From contig NW_026250403.1 in NCBI RefSeq assembly GCF_024521635.1, forward strand, positions 930,001-994,000: 64,000 nucleotides of DNA, in the 5' to 3' direction. This document shows positions 27,845-40,895 of this stretch, one piece after another. Positions within the stretch are counted from its first letter, which is position 1. Each line of letters opens with the position of its first letter. Below the pieces are notes generated by a model that saw only the letters and a list, made by a program, of their open reading frames with translations, had not been told where the DNA came from and did no database searches. Position numbers and translations under genes: made by a program. The stretch comes from Tricharina praecox (taxonomy: Eukaryota).

Positions 27845-28473
27845 GAAGAGGAAGGGGTTTCGCTCGTAGTGAAAAGGGAGGCCCTCCGGCCCCGGATATG
27901 TGTACTGGTAGAAGCGTTTGGCGATGGAAACGATGGATGGGACTGCACGACCGGCTGTGTTATTTTCCTTCCCGCTGCTTTGGGGGAATACCTGGTTTAT
28001 GATATTGTACCATATCGTGATGTCACCGTGTCTTGCCTTCTTGTTTTCTTTTGTTTACGTACTACCTACAAGGTTGCGGCAGCGGTGTCTCACTAGAGTT
28101 AGATACTCTCCATAGCTTCGCTGGAACGTATGGCCGTCCGTAAGCGGCTTCTGGTCTGTCCTTGGCTTGGCTTCTCTCAACCGACTTTCATTTCCCAAGT
28201 ACGATAAGTCAGATAAGTTGCTTGCTTGCTTGCGCCATCCCACCTACCATCCCGGATACAGCCATAGACAGACAGACCACCTTACAAGTTCCGTTCAGTT
28301 CACCATTACATACCATCTCTTTCAAGCTATCGCAACGAAAACACAAACAAACTCTACTCCTCGATCCCATACATACACGATTGTGCACGCCCCACCCCGC
28401 CCCGTACAAACACAGAAACATTTCACACGCACACCCACGCACACACCTCACACACCACACGCACGAAACGACA

Positions 28474-30267
28474 ATGAGCAGCAGCAAGGACAACAGCAAG
28501 GAGGAGGGCGCCGGTGTTCCCCCCGCGGCCAAGAGTTCGTGGGGACCGTTCTTGAAGGTATTACCATTGCCGAGTTTCAGCGCCGAGGGAAAGGAAGGAG
28601 GGGTGGTGGTGGTGGGAACAGCATTTGGGGATGGCGGGCGGGGAGAGAGACATTGGAAGAGCTCTGCTAAAGTCACGGTATTGCGAATAGTCGATTGCGA
28701 GCTTCACGGGCGATTTGGCGAGTTTGACGGCTCCGGTATGAACTCTCCCCCTGGACATGGCGAGGTGTGGATGGCATGGCGGGGGGGCTGACGATGCGGG
28801 TGGGGGTGGTGCGTGTGCAGCCGTTTATTCTGAGCTCTACTAGCTTGACGGAGTATTCTAGCTACTGGGTACGTTTTTCTTCTACTCCTTGAGGACGATA
28901 TGGGGGGTGGGTGCTCGTAGGGAATGGTGGGTGTGTGTGGCGGGGGAAGGCGGCTGACGATGGTGCGGGGTCGGAATAGGCGGAACACCCGGAGCTCTTC
29001 GTTGCGCCGGCGCAGGAGAAGGATGCGCAGAAGCGTGCTCTATTGGTGTTGAAGTGGTTCTTGTCCACGCTGAAGCAGCAATACAGCTCCAGGAATGAAA
29101 AGCTGTAAGAGGTTCTCGATGGATACGCGGGGGAGGGTGGTGTTGACCTTTGTGCGCTAGGGGCTCCGAGAAGAAGCCGTTGAACCCATTTCTAGGAGAG
29201 CTGTTTTTGGGAACTTGGAAGGATGAGACCGACACCATTGGGGAAACGAAATTGATTTCGGAGCAAGTCAGGTATGTATGGATGATGGTCTGAGGGATTT
29301 TGGGGGAGGGGGTTGCTGATGTTTGTGCGTGTAGCCACCACCCTCCCGTCACCGCGTATGCTATCATCAACGAGAAGCACGGAGTCAAGCTTGAGGGTTA
29401 CAATGGACAGAAGGCGTCGTTCTCTCGGGGCGCGATAAACGTGAAGCAGGTCGGACATGCTGTCTACCATCTCAAGGGGTTTGACGAGCACTGTGGGTTA
29501 CCAGGAGGCGCGTCGATGCCTCGCTTGTGCTGACCAAGTATCAGATCTCATCACTCTTCCTTCGCTCCATATCGAAGGTATCGTCTACGGCTCGCCTTAC
29601 GTCGAGCTCAACAAGAGTTCAACCATCACGTCGTCCACAGGATACGTCTCTACCATTGACTACAGCGGCAAGGGATGGATCTCGGGAAAGAAGAACAGCT
29701 TCACCGCGACCATGACGAAAGAAGGCAGCAAGGAGGTGCTATACACTGTCGATGGGCAGTGGACGGATAAATTCTCCGTCAAGGAGGGCAAGACCAAGAA
29801 CGAGGTAGATATTCTGTTTGAGAACCGATAACAAGCGCGGTTGAACAGCAAGCTGACCTGCGGCGTAGCTCGATTCGTACAACGCCAAAATCACAAAGAC
29901 TACCCCTCTATACGTCGCACCCCTCGACCAACAAGATCCGCTCGAGTCCCGCCGGGCATGGGCGAAGGTGCAGGAGGCGATCGGCAAGGGCGACCTTGAG
30001 ACTACCGGCGCGGAGAAGAGCAAGATTGAGAACGAGCAGAGAGAGTTGCGCAAGAAGGAGAAGGAGGAGAACCGGGAGTGGGAGCGACGATTCTTCACAA
30101 GGGTTGACGAGAACCCCATCTTCACCAAGCTCGCCGAGAAGCGCGAAATCACCGCCGAGGCTGACAAGACCAACGGTATCTGGGTGTTTGACGAGGCTAA
30201 GTACGCGAAGGCGCATGCTCCCGTGGAGACGGTGGTTCCGGCGGTGGTTCCTGCGGCCGAGTTGTAG
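28474..30267 (+). CDS. KES1: Oxysterol-binding protein, Kes1/Osh4 type
   Basis: Many short exons giving [26 protein letters not shown], the OSBP signature [18 protein letters not shown] and [13 protein letters not shown]. Confidence 0.92.
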
Positions 30268-30846
30268 GATGGTGTTTGTGGGAGGCGCCTACTGTCTATA
30301 GAGCCGAGTAGATGATGAAATATGGGTATTTGTAGTGGCCTGACGTTTGCCGCAATCGATCCGTGGGTGTGCGTAGAATTAATGTCGTACTGCCTTTGCG
30401 TGCTTCTTCGTTCTATTTTTTTTTCCGAAGGATTTTCCAATTTCATGACCGGTCCACTTATTTCGGTTTTCGTGGGGAATTTTTCTTTTTCGAAATGGTT
30501 ATCCGGAAACGGAGAAATCTGCTCATCGGCAGGATGCGAGAACCCCACGGAGCGGCGAGGGCAGCGGACAATCTCGTAATGAAACAAAAGGCTCAGTTCG
30601 CCGAAGTTCGCCTCGGTTGGTCTTGGCTATCGCACATCATTCGAATCGGCGTGGTTTCTTAGAGCGGGGTGTGGTTGCTAGGTGGGGTGGTGAGGGAAGC
30701 GGAGTTTCATTTAACACAACGACCCTTCCTTCCCTTTCTCTTCTTCACTTTCGCCGAACGCAAAACAATAATAAATCACAAGCAACCGAATTCTTTACCG
30801 ACCACTACCCGCACCCATCCATACCCGTATATACTCTACAGCAGCA

Positions 30847-31855
30847 ATGGTAAGCTCATCTGCGTCTGTTTCCTTCCTTCGTTCCATTTCATTGCGTGAA
30901 AAGAAACGGGACAATGGCAGAAACAGCGAGACGACGAGTACAGCAGCAGCTAACCATTCTCGCGGGCGGGATCAAGGTCGCCCCTCGCAAGTTCTTCGTC
31001 GGTGGTAACTTCAAGAGCAACGGTACTCTCGAAAGCATCAAGGCTATCGTCGAGAACCTCAACAAGGCTGAATTGAAGGGTGACGTCGGTCAGTCCCCAT
31101 TCCCTTCGGTGCGGCAAGGTACATAACGTAGCAACTTCTAACGACAACAACAAAAAAAAACAGAGATCGTTGTCGCTCCTCCTGCGCTGTACCTCCTCCT
31201 CGCCAGCTCCCTCATCCGCCCCGAGATCAAGGTCGCCGCCCAGAACCTCTACGACAAGGGCAACGGCGCGTACACCGGCGAGATCAGTGCGCAGCAGCTG
31301 CACGACGCCTCGATCGAGTGGGTGATCCTCGGGCACTCGGAGCGCCGCTCCATCTTCGGCGAGAGCGACGAGTTCGTCGCCTCCAAGACCAAGGCTGCGC
31401 TCGACGCCGGCCTGTCGGTCGTTCTCTGCTGCGGAGAGAGCCTCGAGGAGCGCGAGAAGGGCATCACCACCGAGGTTGTCACCAGACAGTTGGGCGCCGT
31501 TGCTAAGGTCGTCAAGGACTGGAGCAAGATCGTCGTGGCCTACGAGCCCGTCTGGGCTATTGGTACCGGAAAGGTCGCTACTACTGCCCAGGCCCAGGAG
31601 ACCCACAAGGACATCCGTGAGTGGATGGCCAAGACCGTGTCCCAGGAGGCCGCCGAGAAGACCAGGATCCTGTACGGTGGTTCCGTGACCGAGAAGAACT
31701 CGGCCGAGCTGAGCAAGCAGCCCGATGTTGATGGGTTCTTGGTCGGTGGTGCTTCCTTGAAGCCTGCTTGTAAGTTGGCCCGTTTGTGTGAAATGACGAG
31801 GGATGAATGCTAATGGATGCCTGCAGTCGTTGACATCATTAACTCTTCCGCGTAA
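30847..31855 (+). CDS. TPI1: Triosephosphate isomerase
   Basis: ATG-only first coding exon (intron 30850-30976); [37 protein letters not shown]. Confidence 0.98.
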
Positions 31856-32121
31856 ATAAACATGGTAGTCTGTCGGGAGGGGCTATTGCGAAGAATGAAG
31901 GAAATAAACGGATGCCGTGAATGCGGCTTCTTCGGTATCATTTCGTCATCAGTGTGAATGGCGCAATGAGCCCTTGCGGATCCGTGATCTTCCGAATCGT
32001 CTACGGTGATGGCGTAGCCCATTTCACGAGTGATAACACATGATTGCTCTAGCATCCCAAACAATTGCTCCGCCGACAAAAGAAATGGTACCGTAAAAAG
32101 AAAGAATGTTACCCCAAAAGC

Positions 32122-33026
32122 CTAGCTAATCAAGCACAAACACACGAGCGCGAAGTAAAATATCGCAAGCGGGAAGACAGCCAACGCAACGCGGTTCCGG
32201 ACCACACCGCTGCCGCCCAGTATACTCACTCCCGCGGCCAAACTCCACAGGAAGCAGACAGTATACACCGGGACCCGGATGACGGCGTACACACGGAATG
32301 CGCTCAGCAGTGCACATATCACTATCGGGAAGAGCGTGTAACCGATAACACTGACGGCCTGAAAGAACGAGCTGTTCCGGGTCAGCCGTGTTAGCCCTGC
32401 ACCTCTCTCATCCGGGGGAACGGCGGAACGTACATATTCCCACCCAACAGCCTGATCTGCGCCGTAACCACCGCCTCGCCAACCCACACCATGGTGAACA
32501 CCCCCGCAAACACATCTGTCTTCTGCTTCTCATTGGCGCACATGCTCAGCAGCGTCGACAAGGCGAGACAGAACAGCAGCGGGCCCCAGAGATCCCATTC
32601 GCGCAGCTCCAAGCCGCCGCGCTCGCCATGCGACAGCACGTCGTTCGCGTCCGGCCACTTGCGGAATGTAAACTTCGGGTAGAGCACGGCCTTCATCTTC
32701 GTCCAGACGGCGAGGATGTCGCGCGAGAGGGTGTCCCACACGGATTCATCGAGGGTGTTGGTCGGTGCGCGGCGGTCTTCGCCGGGGATCGCCGAGGTCA
32801 GCGATGACGGGTTGAGCGGTGCGCTTGCCGAGGTGTTGGCGGCGTCGTCGAGCGGGTCGTCGGCGGAGTTGATGGAGACTGTACGCCGGTGGTGGGGTTA
32901 GCTGCGGACTGTGCTGTAACTATGCCTGCGCCGGGGTGGGGTACACGCACGCGTGTCAGGGTCGATGATGTCCTGTTCGATCCGCGAGCTGTCATAGGTG
33001 TTTTCGTAAGGGTTTGCGGACGCCAT
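32122..33026 (-). CDS. Yip1-domain Golgi membrane protein (Yip4/YIPF6-like)
   Basis: MASANPYENTYD start; NTLDESVWDTLSRD, LREWDLWGPLLFCL, SFFQAVSVIGYTLFP, LAVFPL; two introns. Confidence 0.88.
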
Positions 33027-33709
33027 AGCGGTGGTGGTACTGGTGGTGGTCGAGCGTTCGGTTGGCGGAGACGAAGGTGGTGGATGCGGTGCGGTGACAG
33101 TTGACTCGTGGTGTTTCGTTTCGAGCTGCGGCTAAGGTTGAGGCTGACGTATCCCCCCCTTAGCTCTGGTTACACCCATTCAACTCAACTTGTCTCACGA
33201 GTCCCGAGTCAACGGCTCAACTTCACGACTCTAACATCACCGTTTCAGATCGGGTGAGATGCCATTTCAACTCTTCAGTATAACTACGCTTAGAATTGGA
33301 ATGAATGAAAATTATACTTGGAGCCGTACACGAGATCGAAGGGCCACTGTAGAACTTCCGGCTGGCACGGCGAAGTTTGAACACCTACAAGGACCTATTC
33401 ACAGGCATTGAAGTGTACTTTTCCGACATCTTTCAAGTTTCTACAAAATACCTCTTTCTGCTGCTCTCAATGACTCGGATGTCTGGACGGATATCTCGGG
33501 TGTTGCAATTGAGCTCGATCATGAGCTCCGGTTCCGTTCTACCGGACACACCCACTCGGCAACCTTGTACTAACAAGCTTCGATCTACCGCACCTAGTGA
33601 AACTTCAACGCCTGCCGTCGCTTGTACAACCCCACTTCACCCCACCAGTGACCACCCGCAATATCCGTCTTCACCACCACCACCATAACACACATCACCA
33701 ACCAACGCA

Positions 33710-34246
33710 ATGCTCGCCCTCCGCCGCGCCCTCCCGCGTCTCGCCCTCAGTGTCCGGGCCAACAGCACCGCGGCGACCGCGCCGCCGCCGCTGCTGACGA
33801 CGCTACGCACCGACCTCAAGACGGCGATGCGGGCCAAGAACCAGATCCAACTGTCGGTGCTGCGCAGCCTGTTGGCCGACATCACGAACGCGCAGAAGAC
33901 AGCGACGCCGCCGAACGACGACCTGGCGATCCTGCAGATCATCAACAAGACGCGGCAGAAGAGTGCGGTGTCGATCGACGAGGCTCGCAGCGTTGGCCGC
34001 GAGGACCTGGTCGAGAAGGAGCAGGCGCAGCTCTCCGTGCTCGACGAGTACGCAAAGCTAGTGGATACCGTGGATAAGGAGGAGGTCGTGAGCGTCGTCG
34101 AGACTGTGCTCGCGAAGCTGAAGAGCGAGGGCGCCAAGACCGCGATGGGCGATGTCATCAAGGCCGTTGCTAAGGAGCTGGAGGGACGTCCGGTCGTCAG
34201 GTCGCTGGTGGCCGAGGCTGTAAAGGAGGCGCTGGCAAAGAAATAG
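33710..34246 (+). CDS. AIM41: Mitochondrial Aim41-like protein (YqeY/GatB domain)
   Basis: Arg-rich presequence MLALRRALPRL; DLKTAMRAKN...VLRSLL, GREDLVEKEQAQLSVLDEY, MGDVIK. Confidence 0.85.
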   Translation: MLALRRALPRLALSVRANSTAATAPPPLLTTLRTDLKTAMRAKNQIQLSVLRSLLADITNAQKTATPPNDDLAILQIINKTRQKSAVSIDEARSVGREDLVEKEQAQLSVLDEYAKLVDTVDKEEVVSVVETVLAKLKSEGAKTAMGDVIKAVAKELEGRPVVRSLVAEAVKEALAKK

Positions 34247-34611
34247 ATGCGCTCCCCCTCCCCCACGAAGAGAAGAAGATGGTTGTATGATATGATGGAA
34301 GGTGGTGGGAAAAGCACTGTACATTATGGGTTACCTGGTCACTGCTGAAGCAAATTGTACTTGTAGAATCCATTGGGAGCTTATGCTCCTCTCTATAAAA
34401 CTTAAAACAAACAGACCGAGCCGCCCATACCAAACAAAGGAAACCCATTACAAACTAGTAGCCGTAATTAACCAATCCCTAATACTCATCTATATATCTA
34501 ACCAACGCTCAATACCCCCACAGCACCGGATCCACTGCAATCCACGGCCACGGTAGAAACGATTGCTACTTCTTCACCATTAGTCAGTACCATGTATGCA
34601 CTTCCCCCAAA

Positions 34612-35433
34612 CTAATATATACTCACATATCCAACAGTAATCCCATCCTTCTGACACTTCCCCCTCCCCTCCTCCAGCACGCTCAACAGATACGTACTCC
34701 GGACCATGATCTCCTCATACCTCACATCATACTCGCACGGGCCCTGCCCGCCATCCTCCACGCACGCACCAGGCGCATCGACCCAGGGCCTGCGCTCGAT
34801 CAGGGTCGGCTTAACGCGCAGGGCGATATTTGCATGCTGATCGAGCCACAGGACCTGGCTCTCCTGGGTATTGAGCTCGTGCCTTCTCAGGCGGAAGACG
34901 GTCTCGCCGCTGACCCGCGCCAGCGCCGAGAACAGCGAGCCGCTCGGCCCGAACTTGACAAGGATGTTGTTTGCACACAGCTGGATGAAGCCCTGTCCCT
35001 CGTCGAGCGTGCAGTGCGTGCTCATCGAGAAGTCGGTTGTCACCGAGGGGTCGTCGCTGCGTACCCGTGGCGAAAAACGGCTGTAGATGTCGCTGGGCTT
35101 GCGCGTGTCCCGTGTGGGTGGCGCGCTGTACCCTACGCGGTGGCATTGTTGGTACGAAGTCAGGCTCTGGGTTATGGTTAGCTGTGTGAGAGGCGAGCTA
35201 TTGGGGATGGGGGAGCGTACTCGTCGTGCGGGGGTCGAACAGCCAAAAACGAAGGTGTAGCCTCCCAGCTCCTGCGACTTCCGGAGTCGCTGGATAAGGA
35301 CGGATCGGATCGTTTCATTGATCCTGTGGGAGATGGTGTTGATTTTCAGCAGCTCTTTGGTGGGAATGTTCTGGAGGATGTCGTAGAGGAGCTCCTCAGG
35401 GAGGGTAGATAGTTGTGATGATGAGAAAGTCAT
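34612..35433 (-). CDS. F-box domain protein
   Basis: N-terminal LSTLPEELLYDILQNIPTKELLKINTISHRI F-box motif; probable in-frame 54-nt intron 35220-35167. Confidence 0.75.
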   Translation of the reverse strand: MTFSSSQLSTLPEELLYDILQNIPTKELLKINTISHRINETIRSVLIQRLRKSQELGGYTFVFGCSTPARRVRSPIPNSSPLTQLTITQSLTSYQQCHRVGYSAPPTRDTRKPSDIYSRFSPRVRSDDPSVTTDFSMSTHCTLDEGQGFIQLCANNILVKFGPSGSLFSALARVSGETVFRLRRHELNTQESQVLWLDQHANIALRVKPTLIERRPWVDAPGACVEDGGQGPCEYDVRYEEIMVRSTYLLSVLEEGRGKCQKDGITVGYVSIY

Positions 35434-36719
35434 TGTTTCTGCGTGTGTGTTTGGTGCGGACGATTTTCTTCTATGATACTTGATTTGCTTTGAGCTGGAC
35501 AATACCGGAATGAGGAACTCGAATGGAGCGGAGAACATTGTAGGTTTTATAGAATTTTCAGCAGGAGGGTTGGCCCGGCACGGCGAAGTGTAACCATCGA
35601 CAATCGAAGGGATATATCGGGTGGTCACATAACAGCAGGTATGTAGGAATTTGCACATTCAGCTCCCGGTTACCTCATATCTATGAGACCTTGAGCTCGA
35701 CGTGGTGTGGTCGGTGGTTCGACCGCCTAGAAATGGGCATCCCTATGCGATCCGAGTCCGAATACTGGGATGCCGGGTTGATCGGTTGTCGGACGAGGGA
35801 AAAAAATAAAAATAAAAAAGGACGGGTGGCAGGCAGGAGATCATCATGCACGTATAGATTGCTAGTAACTGTTCGCTTGATGGGATTGGATTACAGTGTG
35901 ATTCCCGAGGAGGTGGTGTACGGGGTGCGCCAATGATCAAATGGTGAAGGCATTGAACAACGGCGGTGTGGACTGGATTGGACGGGCTGTGGGGTCCGCG
36001 CGGACCAGAAGGAAAGGGCTTCCTGAATGACGATGGTAAAAAAAAGACCCTTTTGTGGGTATCATACATACTCTACATGATGCCCGTTATGTCACGGTCA
36101 AGATAAGCACCGTTCAAAACAGTACCCGGGCGGCATGGCATCATGCATGGCAAGTATGATACATATTGTTGGATACACCCTTTTTTCCCTCGAAACGGCT
36201 TCGGAAGTGACATGGACTTACGTCCCCGTCCGGAAAAACTACACACGCAAAAGTATCGCCACCTACGGAGAAACTGGCCAGATGCTCTACACGGCACATC
36301 ACTCGACGGGTGAGTGAGCTGACCTCACGCGGTCGGTCGGCTGCACGTCCCTATGCGACGGAGCTAGCCTTACCGATAGTCAGGGTGAGCTATAATGCGC
36401 TGTCGCCGAGCCGAATTATCCTCAGTTGGCCAGTCCGGCTTCTAAGCTTCCGATAGGTACCAATCCCTTTTTTGTTTGTTGTCGATGGCTTGATTCCCTT
36501 ACGATCTACCCGCGGTGCCCTGCTCTACGTATTACTTCTAACGGTTGTTCGAGAGCATGCTTTCGCTGACCACCCATAGTCTTCAAAATGCGTTCTCTAC
36601 TAGATACCTAGTACCTTGAACGCATCAAATCTCCGGATAAACATCCCTACGCCAACCCAACGGTCAAGTTAGCCCAACCCCTTGTAGTATGCATGCACGT
36701 GAATGAACCGGAAAACAAC

Positions 36720-37547
36720 TCACACTCTCCTTCGGAGGACACACTCCCGCCCGATCCTCCTTCCGACCTCCAAGTCCACCTCCGCAAAACACAGCTCCTC
36801 GTCGCCCGCCCCCTCTCCCTCGCTGCACCTAGCCACAACCGTCCCCCACGGATCGATCACACACGCGCCGCCCCAACTCGAGCGCTTCTCACTATGCGCG
36901 CCCGCCTGTGCCGGCGCAACGACCCAACACTGGGCCTCGACCGCCCTTGCTCTCAGCAGCAGCTCCCAATGGGCGCGGCCAGTCGGCACCATGAACGCAC
37001 TCGGATAGGTGAGGAGCTCTGCACCCCTATTTGCCAGCCACCGCGCGGCCTCCGGAAACCGCACGTCGAAGCAGATCTGTAGGCCGAGCAACCCGGCGGG
37101 CGTGGCGAACGGCGCACAGAACTTGTTGCCGGCCACGGTCGTGGCGGACTCGGTTAGTGTCGCGCCCGGGATCGCGACGTCAAATAGGTGCAGTTTCTGG
37201 TAGCTGTGCGATATACCCCCCGAGGCCGAGATGTAGATGCAGCTGTTGTGCACTTTCCCGGCGTCCCCCGAGGGCGTGTGGATGCCCACGACGATAGGCA
37301 GCGAGTGCGTCTTTGCGCTCTCCTGCAGTCCTAAGACGAATGGTGAAGTCTCAACCGCCGTGCATAACTCAAGTGTTTCGGCCGGTGTCCGAGAGATGTA
37401 GTCGCTTGCTTCGGGGAGGAAGAGGATCTTTGCGCCGTGGGAGACCGCGCGCTGTAGCAGACGCTGGCAGGCGGCGAGATTCGCCGAAATGTTGTGTGTG
37501 GCGCAGAATTGGCCGCAGGCTATCAGCGTTGGCATTGACGTTGCCAT
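36720..37547 (-). CDS. Carbon-nitrogen hydrolase, Nit2(yeast)/NIT1-type deaminated-glutathione amidase-like
   Basis: Glu-Lys-Cys triad motifs FLPEASD, YQKLHLFDV, ICFDVRFPE; TGRAHWELLLRARAVE. Confidence 0.92.
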   Translation of the reverse strand: MATSMPTLIACGQFCATHNISANLAACQRLLQRAVSHGAKILFLPEASDYISRTPAETLELCTAVETSPFVLGLQESAKTHSLPIVVGIHTPSGDAGKVHNSCIYISASGGISHSYQKLHLFDVAIPGATLTESATTVAGNKFCAPFATPAGLLGLQICFDVRFPEAARWLANRGAELLTYPSAFMVPTGRAHWELLLRARAVEAQCWVVAPAQAGAHSEKRSSWGGACVIDPWGTVVARCSEGEGAGDEELCFAEVDLEVGRRIGRECVLRRRV

Positions 37548-38256
37548 TGGTGGTGGCGGTGGTTTGTGGGGTGGTGTGATGGGCGGTGGTGTGGTTGTTT
37601 CGGAGCTTCGAGTGCGTCAAGTAGAGTATCGATAAGATGTCCCTGCTGGGATGAGGGGAGCTATGGCCAGTGCTGCCATCGTGTGTCACTCGCTGATCAG
37701 TGATCGACGGCCAAGTGATATGTGTGTCGTTTGTTCTTCGAAGCAGATCACCGCTTACCTACCAGTCCAGCCTGACGTGCCGGAATATCCTACAAGATGT
37801 CTACATGAATGTACTCCACATACGCGTGAACATCGAAACACGTCTCCGGCCGCGTGAAGGCTGGGGATTTCCGCCGCACTCATGATATCAATACCGCTGT
37901 ATAACGTACTACGGCAGGCATTGTATAAAATACCAATTGAGTACTTGTACGATGGGCTTGGAATATCTCGCTATGTATTGCACTCGTACGATAGACTCGG
38001 AACAGGCCTCCCGCTCTGTATGGCACTCGCAGAGTTCCGCTTTCCTTGAGTTACCTATATCGTGTATCACCGTTGAATGCAGCCATCTCACTCGGGCCAA
38101 AACCGCCAACACCTTGCCCATCTCTCGCATTCCCTCGCTCCCTGCCTCCCTTTCTCCCTGCCTCCCTTTCTCCCTGCCTCCCTTTCTCCCTCCCTCTTCC
38201 ACCGTACCGCAACCTCTAACAACGAACACTCTCCAACAACAACACAACGACAAGTC

Positions 38257-38589
38257 ATGTGCTTCGGCCGCAAACCTTCCCCCGCCTCGGCCGACCCGGC
38301 TTCTCCTGCCGCCGCCGTCCCTGCCGCTACCCCCGCCGGCAACGTCGTCCAGCCGGAAACTAAGAAGAAGAAGAAGGGCTTCGGTCTGTGGCCGGACTTC
38401 TCGGGCTCAGGGTAAACTCTCTGCTCTCACCGTGGATGGGGATTCAGTCGGTTCTGACAGAAGCGATATAGTGATGGTGGTGGTGGAGGCGGTAGTGGTG
38501 GTGGTGGTGATGGTGGTGGTGGCGGCGGCGGCGGTGGTGGTGGAGGGAATGGAGGCGGCGGAGGCGGAGGAAATGGCGGCGGAGGTTAA
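38257..38589 (+). CDS. Small MC-start Pro/Ala/Lys-rich protein with poly-Gly tail (family member B, ~90 aa)
   Basis: Exon 1 38257-38411 MCFGRKPSP...KKKKKGFGLWPDFSGS; phase-2 intron GTAAAC..CTGAC..TAG 38412-38471; exon 2 is Gly runs punctuated by D/S/N, then TAA. Confidence 0.75.
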
Positions 38590-40210
38590 TTGACGAAGGA
38601 AGCAACTGTTCAGCTGAGAAGCGGTGTATTTGCATGATGAAATGAAATTCAATGATCACCGTCACCGTACTGGATGTTGCATACCGTGAACTGGTTGTGT
38701 AGCCCGACAGCAACCGCAGGACCGCAATATCCGTTTGTTCAGGATCAACTCTTCTCACAACACGACAAGCCATCTTGGAAACCACCATCTCTTCGCATCT
38801 TCACCCCGCCTAGCCCCAATTCTTCGCAATCACTAGAACCACATGTGCAGTTTCTAATAGATCAAGACTTCGGGTCTCCTTTCTGTATTCTCACGGTTTC
38901 CTTCAAGGGCAGGCCTCGTGGGAGGAGGTTACGAGAGGTGTGAAGAAGACGGACAACGAGAGGGGAAATCCTTAGTACCTATGTAGCAGTATGCCGTCGA
39001 ATAGTCGCGCAGTAGAGACGACCTCAATCCCCCGAAGCCTGATGCCGCAACCTTACTATCATTCTGTTCTGCTGATGCGCCGATCTCTTGATAGTCCGAT
39101 TGGCCTTTTCGGAAGCTTTGGGGATACCGTAGGCCTTTGTATCGCCTTCAAGTATCGCCAGGTTGCCCCCGAATTCCATTCGATTGACCCCCGTTGCATG
39201 CATTCCCCAGCCCATGAACGTCGAACATTTGCCCTGCCAACCGGAAGCCATTGGCGTACCTATCATACCTATCATACTGCCACCTATGACGTGTGTGCAG
39301 GAGCCCTGCCCGTCCAATAAGATACTTGTCCAGACTCCAGAGTTTCCCAGCCGCACACGGGTACCTAAGTCTGTCCTCCCTGCGTGATGATAGGTATTCT
39401 GCCTTCCCACCAGCGCGGTCGGTTGTCGCTCTTATACATGTGTATAAGAGCGTAATTAGACCTAACGGGCTCCCCAATCCAAGGGGGCTGGGGGTGGACG
39501 TGTTGACAGCAGGTTTGAGGCTTGCCTTCAAAAAGCGCGAGATGGAACGGAGGGGGTCGCGAGAGGGGTGGGCGTCCCTTCCAACAGGGAGACGGTGGTG
39601 GGGCGGGAGTATCTACTCGCTCAGAGCACGCTCATTGGCTGTGGGGGCAGCACATACATACCGTACCCCGAGGCGAAGATATCGCGGGATATGTATGTCG
39701 ATAGGCCAACCGAGGGCTGAGAATTTGAGATGAAAGCTTTAGTTAGTGGAAAGCGATTCGTTGTGTTGTGCCGTCGTAGGCCAAATCAAGTTACCAGTAT
39801 GTATGTAAAGGAACCAACGGAGCAATTCTAACATGTACGGTACATACGCAAGTGATATCTGATGGAACTGGCTTCATGCGCTTCTCCTAGGTACCTGGTT
39901 AGCCCACGAACATGGCCACCAAGGCAGATGGACACTGTAGTTGGCAGTAGCTAAACGAGACGATTGTGGATATCAGTGTAATAATAGAGGATATGGTAGA
40001 TCCGGTATGTGCTGCGCATGGTTATCTGCTGATACGAGGTGAGAGTCGGTGATCGTGGACTAACTGCAAGGCTCATTACTTAAGGCAATCACTAGTAGCG
40101 TAACTACGCGAGCCGCTCCTCCCCATGTAGTTACACGTTAGGGCTGTATCCAACAAACAGATCCCCATCGAGAATCGCCGTATCGTCAGATAAGCATTAC
40201 TAAAATTTGC

Positions 40211-40293
40211 AGGTTCCAGTAGGAGGTTCCAGTAGGAGGTTCCAGTAGGAGGTTCCAGTAGGAGGTTCCAGTAGGAGGTTCCAGTAGGAGGTT
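40211..40293. repeat. Perfect 13-bp minisatellite (AGGTTCCAGTAGG)x6.4
   Basis: Six identical units plus AGGTT read directly; no spacers. Confidence 0.95.
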
Positions 40294-40763
40294 GCCCGTG
40301 TGGCTGTGCACTGTGCAGTTGTGTCTTGTTAGCTGAGTGACCAGGGTTCGTAGTAATACTCATTCATGGTTAGCCGGATGCGCAGCGCGCAGCGCGCAGT
40401 CTCCATTCACGCCCGTCGCTAACTAACCGCTACCATCTACACACTGGAAATTTCCCCTGGCTGTCGGCTGTTTTATTCCAGTCATGCAATTTATGACTGA
40501 GTGATGCTGAGCCTGCCTCGCTCGCTTCCATATGGTGTCACGATGCCAACTTCTCCGACGACGAGTGCGCCTACTGGCGCTATGGAATCATGGAAACCAA
40601 TCTCAACTGTGCGTTCGGTAGACACAGACATAGCCTTGCGTTCATGGCTATGGTCTATGGAGGTATACCGATGAGTCCTCCTAGGTACTAGGCAATGTAG
40701 ACATCTCCACTCTGAAGGCTGAATATTGGATGCTGCGTCTATCTAGAGCTCCGGGTGGGTACA

Positions 40764-40769
40764 TATAAA
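40764..40769 (+). promoter_or_regulatory. Putative TATA box of family member C
   Basis: TATAAA about 130 nt upstream of ATG 40896, followed by a CA-rich leader. Confidence 0.5.
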
Positions 40770-40895
40770 GCTTCATCCATCACCTCTCTCTAGCTACTTC
40801 TCATCATCAGCAACATCAACAATATCAGCAACATCAGCCAGCAAACCAACAGCATCGAACAGTCCAGACCACCCAACAGTCCAGTCCATCACACA

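Noticed and set aside
35434-35658. N-terminal extension of the F-box ORF from a TTG start
   Set aside because: Non-ATG start; the ATG at 35433 directly precedes the F-box as expected.
40211-40293. CRISPR-like array
   Set aside because: Contiguous 13-bp units with no spacers, in a eukaryote with no cas genes.
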